From contig CAZZCS010000002.1 in assembly GCA_964652645.1 (NCBI GenBank), positions 402 to 64,401 on the forward strand: DNA of 64,000 nucleotides. The letters run 5' to 3'. Of the stretch, positions 8,649 through 18,951 are shown piece by piece. The stretch comes from an uncultured Candidatus Cloacimonadota bacterium (GTDB lineage: Bacteria; Cloacimonadota; Cloacimonadia; Cloacimonadales; Cloacimonadaceae). Within the stretch, counting starts at the first letter, position 1; every line of letters begins with the position of its first letter. The translations under genes were made by a program, and so were the position numbers. Below the pieces are notes generated by a model. It made no database searches, had not been told where the DNA came from, and saw only the letters and a program-made list of their open reading frames with translations.

Positions 8649-11570
8649 ATGACAAAGAGTAAACTGACTCACGGGTTTGAGCTCAAAGATAAGCAGTTTA
8701 TCGACGAGATCAAAGCTGATGCCTTTACCTATGAACACGTAAAAAGCGGTGCCAGGCTGATCCATCTAGCCTGCGAAGACCACAATAAAGTATTTTGCGT
8801 AACCTTTAGAACCCCGCCTGGGGACAATACTGGATGCCCTCATATTTTGGAACACTCTGTACTGAACGGATCGCGGAACTTCCCTTCGAAGAGCCCCTTC
8901 ATGGAGCTGTTAAAGGGTTCCATGCAGACCTTCCTCAATGCTATGACCGGATCGGACAGGACTATGTATCCGGTGGCCAGCACAAACGACAAGGACTTCA
9001 TGAACCTCATGGAAGTGTATCTGGACGCTGTCTTCTTCCCCCTCTTTTACCAGGACCCCAGAATCCTGGCTCAGGAAGGCTGGCATTATGAGCTTCTCAA
9101 TCCAGAGGATGAGATTAGCTACAAGGGAGTGGTGTACAACGAAATGAAGGGTGCCTTCTCCTCTCCAGATGCAGCTCTGGGACGTTACATCCAGCAAGCT
9201 CAATTCCCCGATAACGCCTATGGCTACGAAAGCGGGGGAGACCCAAAGTACATCACAGATCTCACTCAAGAGATGTTTTGCGCTTTCTACGATAAGTATT
9301 ATCATCCGGCCAATAGCAGGATTGTTCTATCTGGTGATATGGATATTGACGCTGCTCTAAAACTGATGAACGAGAAGTACTTAAGCGAATTTGACAAACA
9401 AGATATCGATAGCAGCATCCACATGCACAAACCTTTCGAACAGCCTCGCAAGATAGAAGTTAGCTACCCTGTGGATGAAGGCAGCGCCACCCAGGACATG
9501 TGCTATCTGGCTATGAATTACACTTTTGCCGATGTTCACCAGGTAGAGACTGTAATGGGGATGAGTGTCCTGACCGAAATCTTGATGGATTCTCCAGCCT
9601 CACCTCTCAAGCAGGCCATTCTCAATTCAGGTTTGTGTGCAGATTCTTATGCCTACACAGATTCCAGGGCATTACAGCCCACGCTCAGTATCATTTGCAA
9701 GAATGTGGCTGATGACAATTTGGAACCTCTGCAAGCGCTAATCCGCCAGGAACTGGAGAAGATCGTCTCCTCCGGGATCGATAAGAAACTGATCGAGGCG
9801 ATCTTGAACAGCAAGGAGTTTACCCTCCGTGAAGCTCAGATGCAGGGCTTTCCCAAGGGGCTATACTATGCCTTTGTGATCGGTAACAGCTGGCTTTATG
9901 ATGGCGAGCCCTTTGAAGCTCTTCGTTACGAGCCCTTGCTGGCCAAGCTGAGACAGGGCCTCAAGAGCAATTACTATGAGGATCTGCTCAAACGCTGCAT
10001 CCTGGAAAACACATACTCCAGTATCGTAGTCATGAAGCCAGAGCCTGGCCTGAATGCCCGGCTCGAGCGCGAAGACGCAGAAAAGCTGGCAGCGTATAAG
10101 GCAAGCCTCAGCGAGGCTGAAATTGCTGATCTGATCCAGATGAATAAAGACCTTATCGCCTGGCAGAACGAACCTGATAAACCTGAAGACATTGCCAAAA
10201 TCCCATTTATCGAACTCTCTGATATCGATCCCAAAGCAGAGGTTATCCCCTGCGAGATCGAGGAGTGGAAGGAATTTACTCTGCTCAAACATGAACTGGA
10301 TACAAATGGCATCGTCTATTACCGAGCCTATTTTGATCTGGATCATGCAGAAGTAGAAGACCTGCCCTGGATCGCTCTTTATACCTATCTAGCTGGCAAG
10401 CTCGATACCGCAAGCTACTCATACAGTGATCTTTCCAACGAAATCGATATCAATACTGGTGGGATCAAGCTCTGGTTGAGCAACATCAACGACTATCAAG
10501 ATCCCGATCATGTGATCGGCAAGCTCAATATCAGCGGTAAAGCGGTTCGTTCCAAAGCGGAGAAGATGATTCAGCTTGCTGCCGAGTATGCCCTGCGCCC
10601 ATTGTTTGATAACCATCAGAGAATCAAGCAGTTGATCCGAGAACAGCGATCCCGCATGGAGATGTCTTTCATGGGTGCCGGACACGGACTCGCAGTGCAG
10701 AGACTCTTCAGCCCCTTTTCACCCCAACATCGTAGGTTGGACGTTTCTGAGGGCTTGGGTTACTATCACTTCCTCTGCGATCTGGAAAACAGCTTCGAAA
10801 ATGGAATGGAACAGATTGTTGAGGAACTGCAGTGGGTCAAAGAAACCTTCTTTACCCAACAGAAGCTGATCATCAGCCTCACCGGAGAGAAGGATGATAT
10901 CGACCATGCCTTTGGCTTCCTGTCTCCCGTACTTTCAGAGATCAGCAACGAAGCCTACGCCCCGATCGAGCAAAGCTTTGATACTTCGGACTTTAACGAA
11001 GGTATCTACGCACCCCTCAATGTTCAATTCTGCGCCAAAGGCGGCAATTTCTTCCGCAAGGGTTATTCCTATTCGGGGAAAATGAGAGTTCTGAACAACA
11101 TCCTCAAAAATGACTATCTGTACAATGAGATTCGCGTCAAGGGCGGTGCTTATGGCAATATCTCAAATTTCAGCTTGTCCGGTTTTCAATTCTTTGTGTC
11201 CTATAGAGATCCAAATCTGGAGAAGACTCTGGATGTTTATGATTCCGTGGCGGATTACCTGAGGACTTACACCTGTTCCAGACGAGAGCTGGAGAAGTAT
11301 ATCATAGGCGATATGGCAATCCTGGATTACCCCAATACTCCAGAACGCAAGGGCACAATCTCCGACGAGTATTATATGACGGGATTTACTCACGCAGACA
11401 AACAGCAAATCCGCGATGAAGTGCTCTCCACTAAGCTGGAAGATATTGTGGCCTATGCCGATATGATCGAAGCTCTGATGACGAAGAACCACTATTGCGT
11501 CGTCGGAAACGAAGCCAAAATCAAAGCCTCGGCTCAGCTTTTTGATAGGATCACTCCGATCTTCAGATAG
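8649..11570 (+). CDS. M16C insulinase-family metalloprotease (PreP-like)
   Basis: 973 aa with the inverted zinc motif HILEHSVLNGS (HxxEH) and the PreP-like length and architecture. Confidence 0.85.
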   Translation: MTKSKLTHGFELKDKQFIDEIKADAFTYEHVKSGARLIHLACEDHNKVFCVTFRTPPGDNTGCPHILEHSVLNGSRNFPSKSPFMELLKGSMQTFLNAMTGSDRTMYPVASTNDKDFMNLMEVYLDAVFFPLFYQDPRILAQEGWHYELLNPEDEISYKGVVYNEMKGAFSSPDAALGRYIQQAQFPDNAYGYESGGDPKYITDLTQEMFCAFYDKYYHPANSRIVLSGDMDIDAALKLMNEKYLSEFDKQDIDSSIHMHKPFEQPRKIEVSYPVDEGSATQDMCYLAMNYTFADVHQVETVMGMSVLTEILMDSPASPLKQAILNSGLCADSYAYTDSRALQPTLSIICKNVADDNLEPLQALIRQELEKIVSSGIDKKLIEAILNSKEFTLREAQMQGFPKGLYYAFVIGNSWLYDGEPFEALRYEPLLAKLRQGLKSNYYEDLLKRCILENTYSSIVVMKPEPGLNARLEREDAEKLAAYKASLSEAEIADLIQMNKDLIAWQNEPDKPEDIAKIPFIELSDIDPKAEVIPCEIEEWKEFTLLKHELDTNGIVYYRAYFDLDHAEVEDLPWIALYTYLAGKLDTASYSYSDLSNEIDINTGGIKLWLSNINDYQDPDHVIGKLNISGKAVRSKAEKMIQLAAEYALRPLFDNHQRIKQLIREQRSRMEMSFMGAGHGLAVQRLFSPFSPQHRRLDVSEGLGYYHFLCDLENSFENGMEQIVEELQWVKETFFTQQKLIISLTGEKDDIDHAFGFLSPVLSEISNEAYAPIEQSFDTSDFNEGIYAPLNVQFCAKGGNFFRKGYSYSGKMRVLNNILKNDYLYNEIRVKGGAYGNISNFSLSGFQFFVSYRDPNLEKTLDVYDSVADYLRTYTCSRRELEKYIIGDMAILDYPNTPERKGTISDEYYMTGFTHADKQQIRDEVLSTKLEDIVAYADMIEALMTKNHYCVVGNEAKIKASAQLFDRITPIFR

Positions 11571-11573
11571 AAG

Positions 11574-12638
11574 ATGAAGCAAAAAGATAAAAAGAGATTA
11601 AAACGGGACACGGGCAGGTTGAATGCAGTCAATCTGCCCAATCTCGAGATTCTGGACGAGATCGATTATTCTCCGGTTTTCAAAAGCAAACGCACAGCCC
11701 TCAAGAGTGGCGAACGACTCAAGAACAATCTGGAGCTCAAACAGGGCAGAATTCTGGAAATCAAATCTAATTACGCCAATATCGTAGATATCGAAGGTGA
11801 ACGCTATCCCTGCTCCCTCAGCGGAAGATTGAAACAGTACAAATTTAATACCAAAGTACTCACTGCCGTGGGTGACTATGTGGAAGTCGACATGGCCAGG
11901 GCACCAGACTACCGGATTGAAAATATCCTGCCCCGCAAGAACACCCTTTCCAGATACGACGGGGGCACTTTTCAGAAGGAGATCATTGTCGCGGCCAATA
12001 TAGACCAGGTGATTATCACCGTCTCCTGGCGTATGCCAGAGATCAAGCCAGGTCTGATCGATCGCTATCTCTGCATGGCCAGGATCTTCGATTTTGAACC
12101 CATTATCTGTATCACCAAGATGGACCTCTGCGATGATCGGGAGGAGGTGGAAGAGATTCTCGAATACTACCGGCGGATCGGCACTGAAGTACTGCTCACA
12201 TCGGTAGAGACTGGCGAAGGAATGGAGGATTTGAAAACTCTTTTGAAAGATAGAGAGTCTGTCTTTTCCGGCCAATCTGGCACCGGCAAATCGTCCCTGA
12301 TCAATTGTATAGAGCCAGACCTCAAGCTTGCCACAGCCGAAGTAAGCAGTTACAACGAGAAAGGAAAGCATACCACCACCCAGGCCATCCTCATTCCCTG
12401 GTCTTTTGGAGGTTACCTTGTCGATACCCCCGGGATCAAGACCATCAACCTGCACAGCGACCATAAAGAACTGATTCCCAAGGTATTCCCTGGCTTTGAT
12501 GCCTACCTGGATCATTGTCACTACCGAAGCTGTACCCATACTCATGAAACAAACTGTGCAGTGTTAGGGGCAGTCGAAGAAGACAAAATCCCAATCTCCC
12601 GCTACGATTCCTATCTGCGGATATTTGAATCCCTGTAG
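11574..12638 (+). CDS. rsgA: ribosome small-subunit-dependent GTPase A
   Basis: Circularly permuted GTPase: TKMDL...GQSGTGKSSLIN. C-terminal zinc knuckle CHYRSCTHTHETNCAV. Confidence 0.9.
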   Translation: MKQKDKKRLKRDTGRLNAVNLPNLEILDEIDYSPVFKSKRTALKSGERLKNNLELKQGRILEIKSNYANIVDIEGERYPCSLSGRLKQYKFNTKVLTAVGDYVEVDMARAPDYRIENILPRKNTLSRYDGGTFQKEIIVAANIDQVIITVSWRMPEIKPGLIDRYLCMARIFDFEPIICITKMDLCDDREEVEEILEYYRRIGTEVLLTSVETGEGMEDLKTLLKDRESVFSGQSGTGKSSLINCIEPDLKLATAEVSSYNEKGKHTTTQAILIPWSFGGYLVDTPGIKTINLHSDHKELIPKVFPGFDAYLDHCHYRSCTHTHETNCAVLGAVEEDKIPISRYDSYLRIFESL

Positions 12639-12645
12639 AGGAACG

Positions 12646-13503
12646 ATGAAGAATTTTGCCATCTACATTCACCCTTCCCTCTGCCAGAACAACGAGATCT
12701 TTGAGCTTTTACAGAAGTTGACAGCAGAACACAAGGTTCGCTTCTTTGGAAGTGACGAACAACGGGATATCCTGCCCTCCAACGTGGAATGTTGCCCTCT
12801 GGATGGCACAACGGCTCCTCCGATCGATTGCATCTTAGTCTTTGGAGGCGATGGTACCATCTTGCGTGCCAAGCAAATAGCCTTGGAGACAGGAGCGCCA
12901 ATCCTGGGGATCAATCTCGGCTATCTGGGCTTTCTTTCCGAGAGCAGTCTTGCCGATTTGCGCGCTTCGATAGGCCATCTGGTCCAGATGAAATACAAGC
13001 TTTTGAACAGGATGCTGCTAAATTGCCAGGTGCGGCGCCAGGGTAAGATAGTGCATCAGGCCCAGGCCTTGAACGATGCAGTGATTTACAAAGCCGAGAC
13101 TCCAAAGCTGATCCATGTAAGACTTTACGATCGCAAGCGCTTTGTGCTGGATACCCGCTGCGACGGAGTTGTCCTCAGCACTCCCACGGGTTCCACAGCC
13201 TATTCGCTGTCCGCAGGGGGACCGATTCTCTCTCCAGAAATGCAGGCTATCATCTTTTCACCTCTCAGCCCTCACATTCTCTCAATCCGTCCCATGGTCT
13301 TTAATGCCTCAGACAAGCTAATGATGCGCATCTACGGCCTGGAAAGAACTGCCTGGCTGCAAATCGATGGCATAAACTGCATGGAGCTCCTGGAGAATGA
13401 TGAAGTGTTGGTAACTGCCTCCAAACAGAGCGTTTCCTTCATCAAATTGTCTAACCGTACTTTTTACAAAATCCTGCGCAACAAACTGCATCTGGGACGA
13501 TAA
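12646..13503 (+). CDS. nadK: NAD kinase
   Basis: GGDGTILRA, NDAV and STPTGSTAYSLSAGGP motifs. Start set at the ATG at 12646 after GAGGAA; the track ORF starts at 12625 and overlaps rsgA. Confidence 0.9.
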   Translation: MKNFAIYIHPSLCQNNEIFELLQKLTAEHKVRFFGSDEQRDILPSNVECCPLDGTTAPPIDCILVFGGDGTILRAKQIALETGAPILGINLGYLGFLSESSLADLRASIGHLVQMKYKLLNRMLLNCQVRRQGKIVHQAQALNDAVIYKAETPKLIHVRLYDRKRFVLDTRCDGVVLSTPTGSTAYSLSAGGPILSPEMQAIIFSPLSPHILSIRPMVFNASDKLMMRIYGLERTAWLQIDGINCMELLENDEVLVTASKQSVSFIKLSNRTFYKILRNKLHLGR

Positions 13504-15200
13504 TGCTCACCGAAATCTACCTCAAAAACTACCTTTTTGTGCCTGAGCTCAGGCTGAAACTTGAACCGGGAATGTGCGCCATCACGGGTGAAACAGGAGC
13601 TGGGAAGTCCGTCCTTGTAGGCGCAGTAACTCTTCTTTTTGCCGATAACAGCCACAGTATCGAAGCCTTCGATGCCGAGAAGCCTATCTACCTGGAAGCC
13701 ACTTTCGATATCTCTTTGAATCCAGAAGCTTTACATTATCTCAAAGAGCTTGGTTACGAAGACGACGAGTTCGTCGTGGCCAGAGAAATCAGCCCCAAAG
13801 GCAAATCTCAGTACTTCATCTATGGCCGCAAGGTTGCCGCTGCCATCCTCAAAGATATTAAGCCCTTACTAGTAGATTTTCACCATCAGCGAGACCAGCA
13901 AAAACTGCTAAGTACGTCCTATCAACTGGAAATACTGGATTGCTTTGGAGACCTGGAAGCTATCGTCGAGCAGCACAGAAGCATCTACCACGCTCTCAAA
14001 AAGGATCTGCGCAAGCTGAAAGAGCTACGCAGTCTGGACGAGCTGAACAAACAGATGGCAGAGCTCTATGCCTTCCAGCTCAATGAACTGGAAAGTGCAA
14101 GACTCAAGCCAGGTGAAGATATGGAGCTCCAAAACGAATACGAGCTGCTCAGCGCTGCCAATGAAATCGCGGAGCTATCGAGTTCTCTGGCTGGGATTCT
14201 TTTCGAAGCGGAGAGCAGCATCTACGATCAGATCAGCAAATCCCTGGCCCAAGTGTCCAGATTTGCCGATCTTCATCCAAACTTGGGAGAAATTACCCAA
14301 CAGCTGGGTTCTGCCCTGGAATCCGTGGAACATGCCACGAAGCTCCTGCGCTATATGCCGGAAAACATCTCTTCGGATCCGGCCAGGCTGGATCAGATCA
14401 GCTCCAGGCTGGACTATATAAACGATTTGAAACACAAGCACAAGGTTCCAGACATCGCCAGTTTGATCCAAAAACAGCACAAACTGGGAGAACTGGTCGC
14501 CGGGTTTTCCTCCCTGGAGCTGGAGATCGCTGGTCTGGAGACTGCGATAGCGAGCAGCTACAAGGAGTTACTGGATCTCACCACGCTCCTTTCGGAAAAG
14601 AGAGCCTCCACTGCCGCGGATCTTTGCCTGGAAATGGAGCACAACATCCGTAGTTTATCCATCCCGGAAGGCAGATTTGAGATTCGGATTGACAAAATTA
14701 ATATAGATAAAAACGATAGACATAAATATCTTGGTGCCCTCTCTGAGAGAGGACAGGATAGCGTGGAATTTCACTTCTCTGCCAACCCTGGAAGCGCAAT
14801 AAAGCCGCTTTCAGCCGTTGCCTCGGGAGGAGAGCTATCACGTATCCTATTGGCAATCAAAAAAGTACTGGCCCAAAACATCAGCCCAAAGCTGATGATC
14901 CTGGATGAAATCGATGCCGGTATCGGCGGAAAGACTGCCGAGCTGATAGCCCAATATATCAAAGAGATTTCTCATACGCATAGCGTGTTGTGTATTACGC
15001 ATCTGGCTCAGCTTGCAGTGGTGGCAGATCAACACATCTCCCTCTCCAAAACCAGCGAGAGAGACAAGACCATCGTTCACATGAATATCCTGGACAAGGA
15101 AGCCAGACGCAATGAAATAGCGCGAATGCTCTCAGGCAACATCACCGAGCATTCCTTGAACCATGCAGAAGAATTATTAGAGAAGATAAAAAAGAGGTAA
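13503..15200 (+). CDS. recN: DNA repair protein RecN
   Basis: N-terminal Walker A ITGETGAGKS, a long coiled coil, and the C-terminal SMC signature SGGELSRILLA...ILDEIDAGIGG. Confidence 0.93.
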   Translation: MLTEIYLKNYLFVPELRLKLEPGMCAITGETGAGKSVLVGAVTLLFADNSHSIEAFDAEKPIYLEATFDISLNPEALHYLKELGYEDDEFVVAREISPKGKSQYFIYGRKVAAAILKDIKPLLVDFHHQRDQQKLLSTSYQLEILDCFGDLEAIVEQHRSIYHALKKDLRKLKELRSLDELNKQMAELYAFQLNELESARLKPGEDMELQNEYELLSAANEIAELSSSLAGILFEAESSIYDQISKSLAQVSRFADLHPNLGEITQQLGSALESVEHATKLLRYMPENISSDPARLDQISSRLDYINDLKHKHKVPDIASLIQKQHKLGELVAGFSSLELEIAGLETAIASSYKELLDLTTLLSEKRASTAADLCLEMEHNIRSLSIPEGRFEIRIDKINIDKNDRHKYLGALSERGQDSVEFHFSANPGSAIKPLSAVASGGELSRILLAIKKVLAQNISPKLMILDEIDAGIGGKTAELIAQYIKEISHTHSVLCITHLAQLAVVADQHISLSKTSERDKTIVHMNILDKEARRNEIARMLSGNITEHSLNHAEELLEKIKKR

Positions 15201-15202
15201 AA

Positions 15203-16093
15203 GTGCATAGTAAGACTATAAGAAGAGTTCGTGGAGTAGCGATCTTTGTCGTTTTTTTAGCTTTGGCGACTACCATGTATTTGTATTCCAGGAGTGGAAG
15301 CAAGAAGCCAAGCGTGGACTTCAGGGCGAGCAATCAAAAATACGATAACTATCGGATCATCAACAAAGCCAGAGTTCAATTTGTCTCAGACGATCTCACG
15401 GCTGCCAAACAGCACGTAGAAAACGTGGTCTCTGAACTCTCCAAGAAGTCAATCGAGCTTACAGATCAGCCTTCCCATGGGGTTTACCTGTTTGTGATCA
15501 ACCAGAAGGATCTGAATCCCGTTCTGGCAGACTTGCAGACCAAAGGGAAAATACTATCCAAATCCACCACAACCGATACCTCTTATGTCAATCTCGATGC
15601 CAATACTGAGAACGACAGGCTGAAATCATACGAGAAAGAATTGCAAGACCTGAACCAGGTTCGCTTTCCTAGCGAAATCCAAATCAGACGTAAAGAGGCT
15701 CTCCATGGCCTGATCAGCGAATCCAGAAACCGCATGGAAAGGCTTCAAGATGTAGAGGATCTTCTGCTCTATATAACTGTTACGACTGCTTCAAGTTCCA
15801 AACTTGGTGGATTGGCTTTTGTCCAGAACATGAGCCTGAGCTTTGGTAAGTGGCTGTTAATATATACCATTGCCACGATCCTTGTGTACTATGGCACAAA
15901 GCTCCTTATGTATATATTTGCTCTCATGGGACTAAAAGGTTTGGGTGTGGCCGGTACAAACTATGGCAGCAACTACGGAAGTTACGAGAAGTATACAGGA
16001 AAGTATAGCTACGGAAAGGACAAAAAGCGGAAGACCAAGAGAATTTACAAAGAAAAACCACAACCTGAAGATACAGACAAAACCACTCCATAA
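15203..16093 (+). CDS. membrane protein, DUF4349-like (coiled coil plus C-terminal TM helix)
   Basis: GTG start 2 nt after the recN stop. It has an N-terminal TM helix, a central coiled coil (RLKSYEKELQDL...), a C-terminal TM segment and a Lys-rich tail. The family assignment is tentative. Confidence 0.45.
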   Translation: MHSKTIRRVRGVAIFVVFLALATTMYLYSRSGSKKPSVDFRASNQKYDNYRIINKARVQFVSDDLTAAKQHVENVVSELSKKSIELTDQPSHGVYLFVINQKDLNPVLADLQTKGKILSKSTTTDTSYVNLDANTENDRLKSYEKELQDLNQVRFPSEIQIRRKEALHGLISESRNRMERLQDVEDLLLYITVTTASSSKLGGLAFVQNMSLSFGKWLLIYTIATILVYYGTKLLMYIFALMGLKGLGVAGTNYGSNYGSYEKYTGKYSYGKDKKRKTKRIYKEKPQPEDTDKTTP

Positions 16094-16104
16094 AGGAGGA
16101 CAAT

Positions 16105-16548
16105 ATGATTGCACTTAGTGCCTGGCACATCTGGATGATCATAGGGATCATCTTCGTAATCATCGAGATCTTTGATCCGGCTTTCTTTTTTATTGCCTTT
16201 GGCATAGCGGCCATCCTCACCGGCTTGTTGTGCTTGATTGGCAGCTTTGGTAGCCTCGTTGTCTTGCAGATATTCACCTTTGCTATCCTGAGCTTTATTT
16301 CTTTTCTGCTGATGCGAAAACTCGGGAAGAAAGTGCTGGCTCACCCAGCCGGGGAAACCAATGTCTTTGCTCTCAAGGGTCAAATCGGCATAGTCACCAA
16401 AGAGATTAGCGCTGAAGGTAAAGGCTATGTCAAAGTCGGCGGCGAAGAATGGGCTGCCGTGGAAGAGACCGGAAAAGCTATAGTTCAAAATGCCAAAGTC
16501 AAAGTACTGGAGATTGAAGGAAACAAACTGATTGTAGTCCAAGCCTGA
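16105..16548 (+). CDS. NfeD-family membrane protein
   Basis: Three or four N-terminal TM helices followed by a C-terminal OB-fold signature: GKGYVKVGGEEWAAVEE...VKVLEIEGNKLIV. AGGAGG RBS. Confidence 0.75.
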   Translation: MIALSAWHIWMIIGIIFVIIEIFDPAFFFIAFGIAAILTGLLCLIGSFGSLVVLQIFTFAILSFISFLLMRKLGKKVLAHPAGETNVFALKGQIGIVTKEISAEGKGYVKVGGEEWAAVEETGKAIVQNAKVKVLEIEGNKLIVVQA

Positions 16549-16631
16549 TCTCTACGGGCGTATTGATCAATCCCGCTGAGTAAGCAAGTAATTCTCTGGA
16601 GTGCGAGCAAGCCTCCAGGATTGGAACTATC

Positions 16632-16668
16632 GCCTCTGGATACAATGTTATCCAGAGGCTATTTTTTT
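16632..16668 (+). terminator. intrinsic terminator (recN-nfeD string)
   Basis: 11-bp perfect stem GCCTCTGGATA/TATCCAGAGGC, a 6-nt loop, then TATTTTTTT. Confidence 0.8.
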
Positions 16669-16744
16669 GTGCAGGGTAGGGACAGTACAGGCGGTCGCAG
16701 TAGCGCCTTGTTTGTTGGCGCTTCAGAGGAGCGCTGATAAAGGA

Positions 16745-16777
16745 TATAAAAAAGGTCTCCAGCATCTGTGGAGACCT
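16745..16777 (-). terminator. intrinsic terminator after the DUF4476 gene
   Basis: The minus strand reads AGGTCTCCA-cagatgc-TGGAGACCT followed by TTTTTTATAT, 21 nt after the stop at 16799. Confidence 0.75.
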
Positions 16778-16798
16778 GAAATTGATATATGCTCTGGT

Positions 16799-17554
16799 TT
16801 AGTAAGAGTTTATGATGTTATCCGCTTCTTCCTTATCGGATGAGAAGGTAAAGGCGTCGATAATTCTGAAGCCATTCTGGGGGTCAATACATTCAGGGTA
16901 GGAGATTTGCAGAGCTTGCAATTTGTCTTCGGAATAGGTATAAGCCCCGATTATCCTTACGATCTGATTGACGTTGAACTTGTAGTTACGGGCAGCAGTA
17001 CGCAGGACGCGGATCTTATCGTCGGAGAAGCTTTCTTTGCCGATTCTGCTGATGAGGTCGTTGAAATCGCGATCAGAGATAGCTTTTCGGTTCGAGGTGC
17101 TGATGTCCTGAACAAGTTGTTGCTGTTTTTTGGGTGGTTGTTTTTTGGGTTGTTCTTGCACTACGGGGGTTTCTTCCACCATTGAACCGCTGATGTTGAT
17201 GTTTATATTTGGTTGGGTGCTAGAGCTGGTGGTCGTAGTGGTGGAAGAAGAACTGGTCGTGAGTGTGACTCTGGCATCTTCAGGCAGCAAAGCCAGGAGC
17301 CCGTAGATTTCTTCTACGATGCTGGCAGCGCGTTTTTGATCCACTTTGTTCAGCTTGGTGTGGAACTCTTTTTCGAGTCTTTCGAGCCTGACGACGATGT
17401 TATCGATAATGTTTCCACTTTTGGAATTACCGGCTGCATCAACGCCAGTGATAGACATGGAAATACTTCCTTCGGGGGTATTGATCGAAAATCCCTGAGC
17501 AAAGAGGGCTATAGTAGCGATCAGGGCAAGGGCAATCAAAGTCATTTTCTTCAT
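16799..17554 (-). CDS. secreted DUF4476-domain protein
   Basis: Signal peptide MKKMTLIALALIATIALFAQ, a Ser/Thr-rich linker, and a C-terminal pattern DFNDLI..I....F.DDKIRVLRTAA.NYKF.V.Q...I...YTYSEDKL.AL...YP...DP.N typical of DUF4476. Start set at the second ATG, which has GGAG 8 nt upstream. Confidence 0.6.
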   Translation of the reverse strand: MKKMTLIALALIATIALFAQGFSINTPEGSISMSITGVDAAGNSKSGNIIDNIVVRLERLEKEFHTKLNKVDQKRAASIVEEIYGLLALLPEDARVTLTTSSSSTTTTTSSSTQPNININISGSMVEETPVVQEQPKKQPPKKQQQLVQDISTSNRKAISDRDFNDLISRIGKESFSDDKIRVLRTAARNYKFNVNQIVRIIGAYTYSEDKLQALQISYPECIDPQNGFRIIDAFTFSSDKEEADNIINSY

Positions 17555-17641
17555 GACAAACTCCATCTATTATTTAATTTTCGCGTAAAGACCCACGTAT
17601 TTCGCTCCATAATTATTTGACAAGAGTTTTCTCCAGAATCC

Positions 17642-18289
17642 CTAGAAGAAGGGAATCTCGCCTTTTACTATCAAAGTAGCCTCGGTGGCCTGGATTACTT
17701 CTTCCACTGTGCTACCTTCCGCAATTTCCTTGAGGATGAGGCCATCCGGGCTCACTTCCATCACCGCCAGATCTGTCACAATCAGGCTTACTTTGCCTTT
17801 GGCCGTAAGGGGTAGAGTGCACTGCTTGAGGATCTTGGAATTGCCATATTTATCGCAATGCTCCATGGCGACGATCACTTTTTTGGCTCCTGTTACAAGA
17901 TCCATAGCTCCTCCCATACCGGGAACGAGCTTGCCGGGGATCATCCAGTTTGCCAGATTACCCATCTCATCGACCTGGAGAGCACCGAGAATGGTGATGT
18001 CGATATGTCCACCGCGGATGATGGCAAAGCTGAGGGCAGAATCGAAGTATGACGCACCCGGAAGAGCAGTCACAAAGCCGCCTCCGGCATTGATCATGTC
18101 CTTGTCTTCTTTACCGCTTTCCGGCATCGGACCCACTCCCAGCATGCCGTTTTCAGATTGGAAGATTGCGTGCACGCCTTCTGGGATATGGTTTGCCGCT
18201 TCGGTAGGAAGACCGATACCGAGGTTTACGTAGTCGCCGTCCTTGAGTTCCTGGGCTATTCTGCGTCCGATCATCGCTCTTTTATCCAT
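17642..18289 (-). CDS. atoA: 3-oxoacid CoA-transferase subunit B
   Basis: MIGRRIAQELKDGDYVNLGIGLPT and SENGMLG (catalytic Glu region). Confidence 0.9.
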   Translation of the reverse strand: MDKRAMIGRRIAQELKDGDYVNLGIGLPTEAANHIPEGVHAIFQSENGMLGVGPMPESGKEDKDMINAGGGFVTALPGASYFDSALSFAIIRGGHIDITILGALQVDEMGNLANWMIPGKLVPGMGGAMDLVTGAKKVIVAMEHCDKYGNSKILKQCTLPLTAKGKVSLIVTDLAVMEVSPDGLILKEIAEGSTVEEVIQATEATLIVKGEIPFF

Positions 18290-18947
18290 TTTGTGCCTCC
18301 TTACTTAGAACCAGGTAATCGACAAAAACGCCGGGAGTGACTACCTGCTCGGGATCGAGCTCTCCTATTTCCAGGATCTCATCCACTTCCACGATGGTGG
18401 TCTTACCGGCCATGGCCATGATGGGATTGCTGTTTTGGGCAGTCTTACGATAGATCAGATTGCCGGCTTTATCGGCTTTCCAGGCTCTCACCAGAGCATA
18501 ATCGCTTTCGATGGCGGTTTCCAGAAGATAGCTCTTATCGTTGATCTCTATTATTTGCTTGTTTTCTTCTACCACGGTTCCGATTCCGGTGGGGGTCAGA
18601 ACTCCACCCAAGCCTGCTCCAAAGGCGCGGACACGTTCCATCAGGGTTCCCTGGGGTACGAGTTCGATCTGGATTTCGCCTGCATTCATCTGTTTTTGGA
18701 TTTCTTTATTTGTTCCCAAATGTGAGACTTGAGCACTCTTGACCTGGTGACTTACCACCAGCTTCCCTATGCCTCGGGTTTCCCAATCTGAGGCGATAAC
18801 CACGATATGGAGGTCTTTCGTTCCCTGGGATACGAGCTCATCAATCAGAGTTTCAGGAGCTCCGACTGCCAGAAAACCTCCGATGAGCAGCCTGTCATTT
18901 GGCTTAATCAGCTTTACAGCTTCGCTTGCGCTGAGTATTTGTTTCAT
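18282..18947 (-). CDS. atoD: 3-oxoacid CoA-transferase subunit A
   Basis: N-terminus ...IKPNDRLLIGGF....P..LI and ...ELVPQGTL.ER.RA...G. 8-nt overlap with subunit B. Confidence 0.9.
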   Translation of the reverse strand: MKQILSASEAVKLIKPNDRLLIGGFLAVGAPETLIDELVSQGTKDLHIVVIASDWETRGIGKLVVSHQVKSAQVSHLGTNKEIQKQMNAGEIQIELVPQGTLMERVRAFGAGLGGVLTPTGIGTVVEENKQIIEINDKSYLLETAIESDYALVRAWKADKAGNLIYRKTAQNSNPIMAMAGKTTIVEVDEILEIGELDPEQVVTPGVFVDYLVLSKEAQNG

Positions 18948-18951
18948 CTAT

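Noticed and set aside
11598-12545. Very long antisense ORFs opposite real genes: 315 aa opposite rsgA, 19249-20124 (291 aa) opposite pepA, 61139-61966 (275 aa) opposite xdhA, 25055-25831 (258 aa), 3210-3911 (233 aa) and 7883-8557 (224 aa).
   Set aside because: Each lies fully inside a gene with unambiguous family motifs on the other strand. Their translations are low-complexity (rich in Arg, Gly, Ser and His), have no recognisable motifs and have no RBS. This is typical of stop-poor shadow frames in ~50% GC coding DNA.
16549-16631. A possible sRNA between the nfeD stop and the terminator at 16632, containing the hairpin CTGGAG...CTCCAG.
   Set aside because: No independent promoter is visible. 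It is most simply the 3' UTR of the recN-nfeD transcript ending at the strong terminator.
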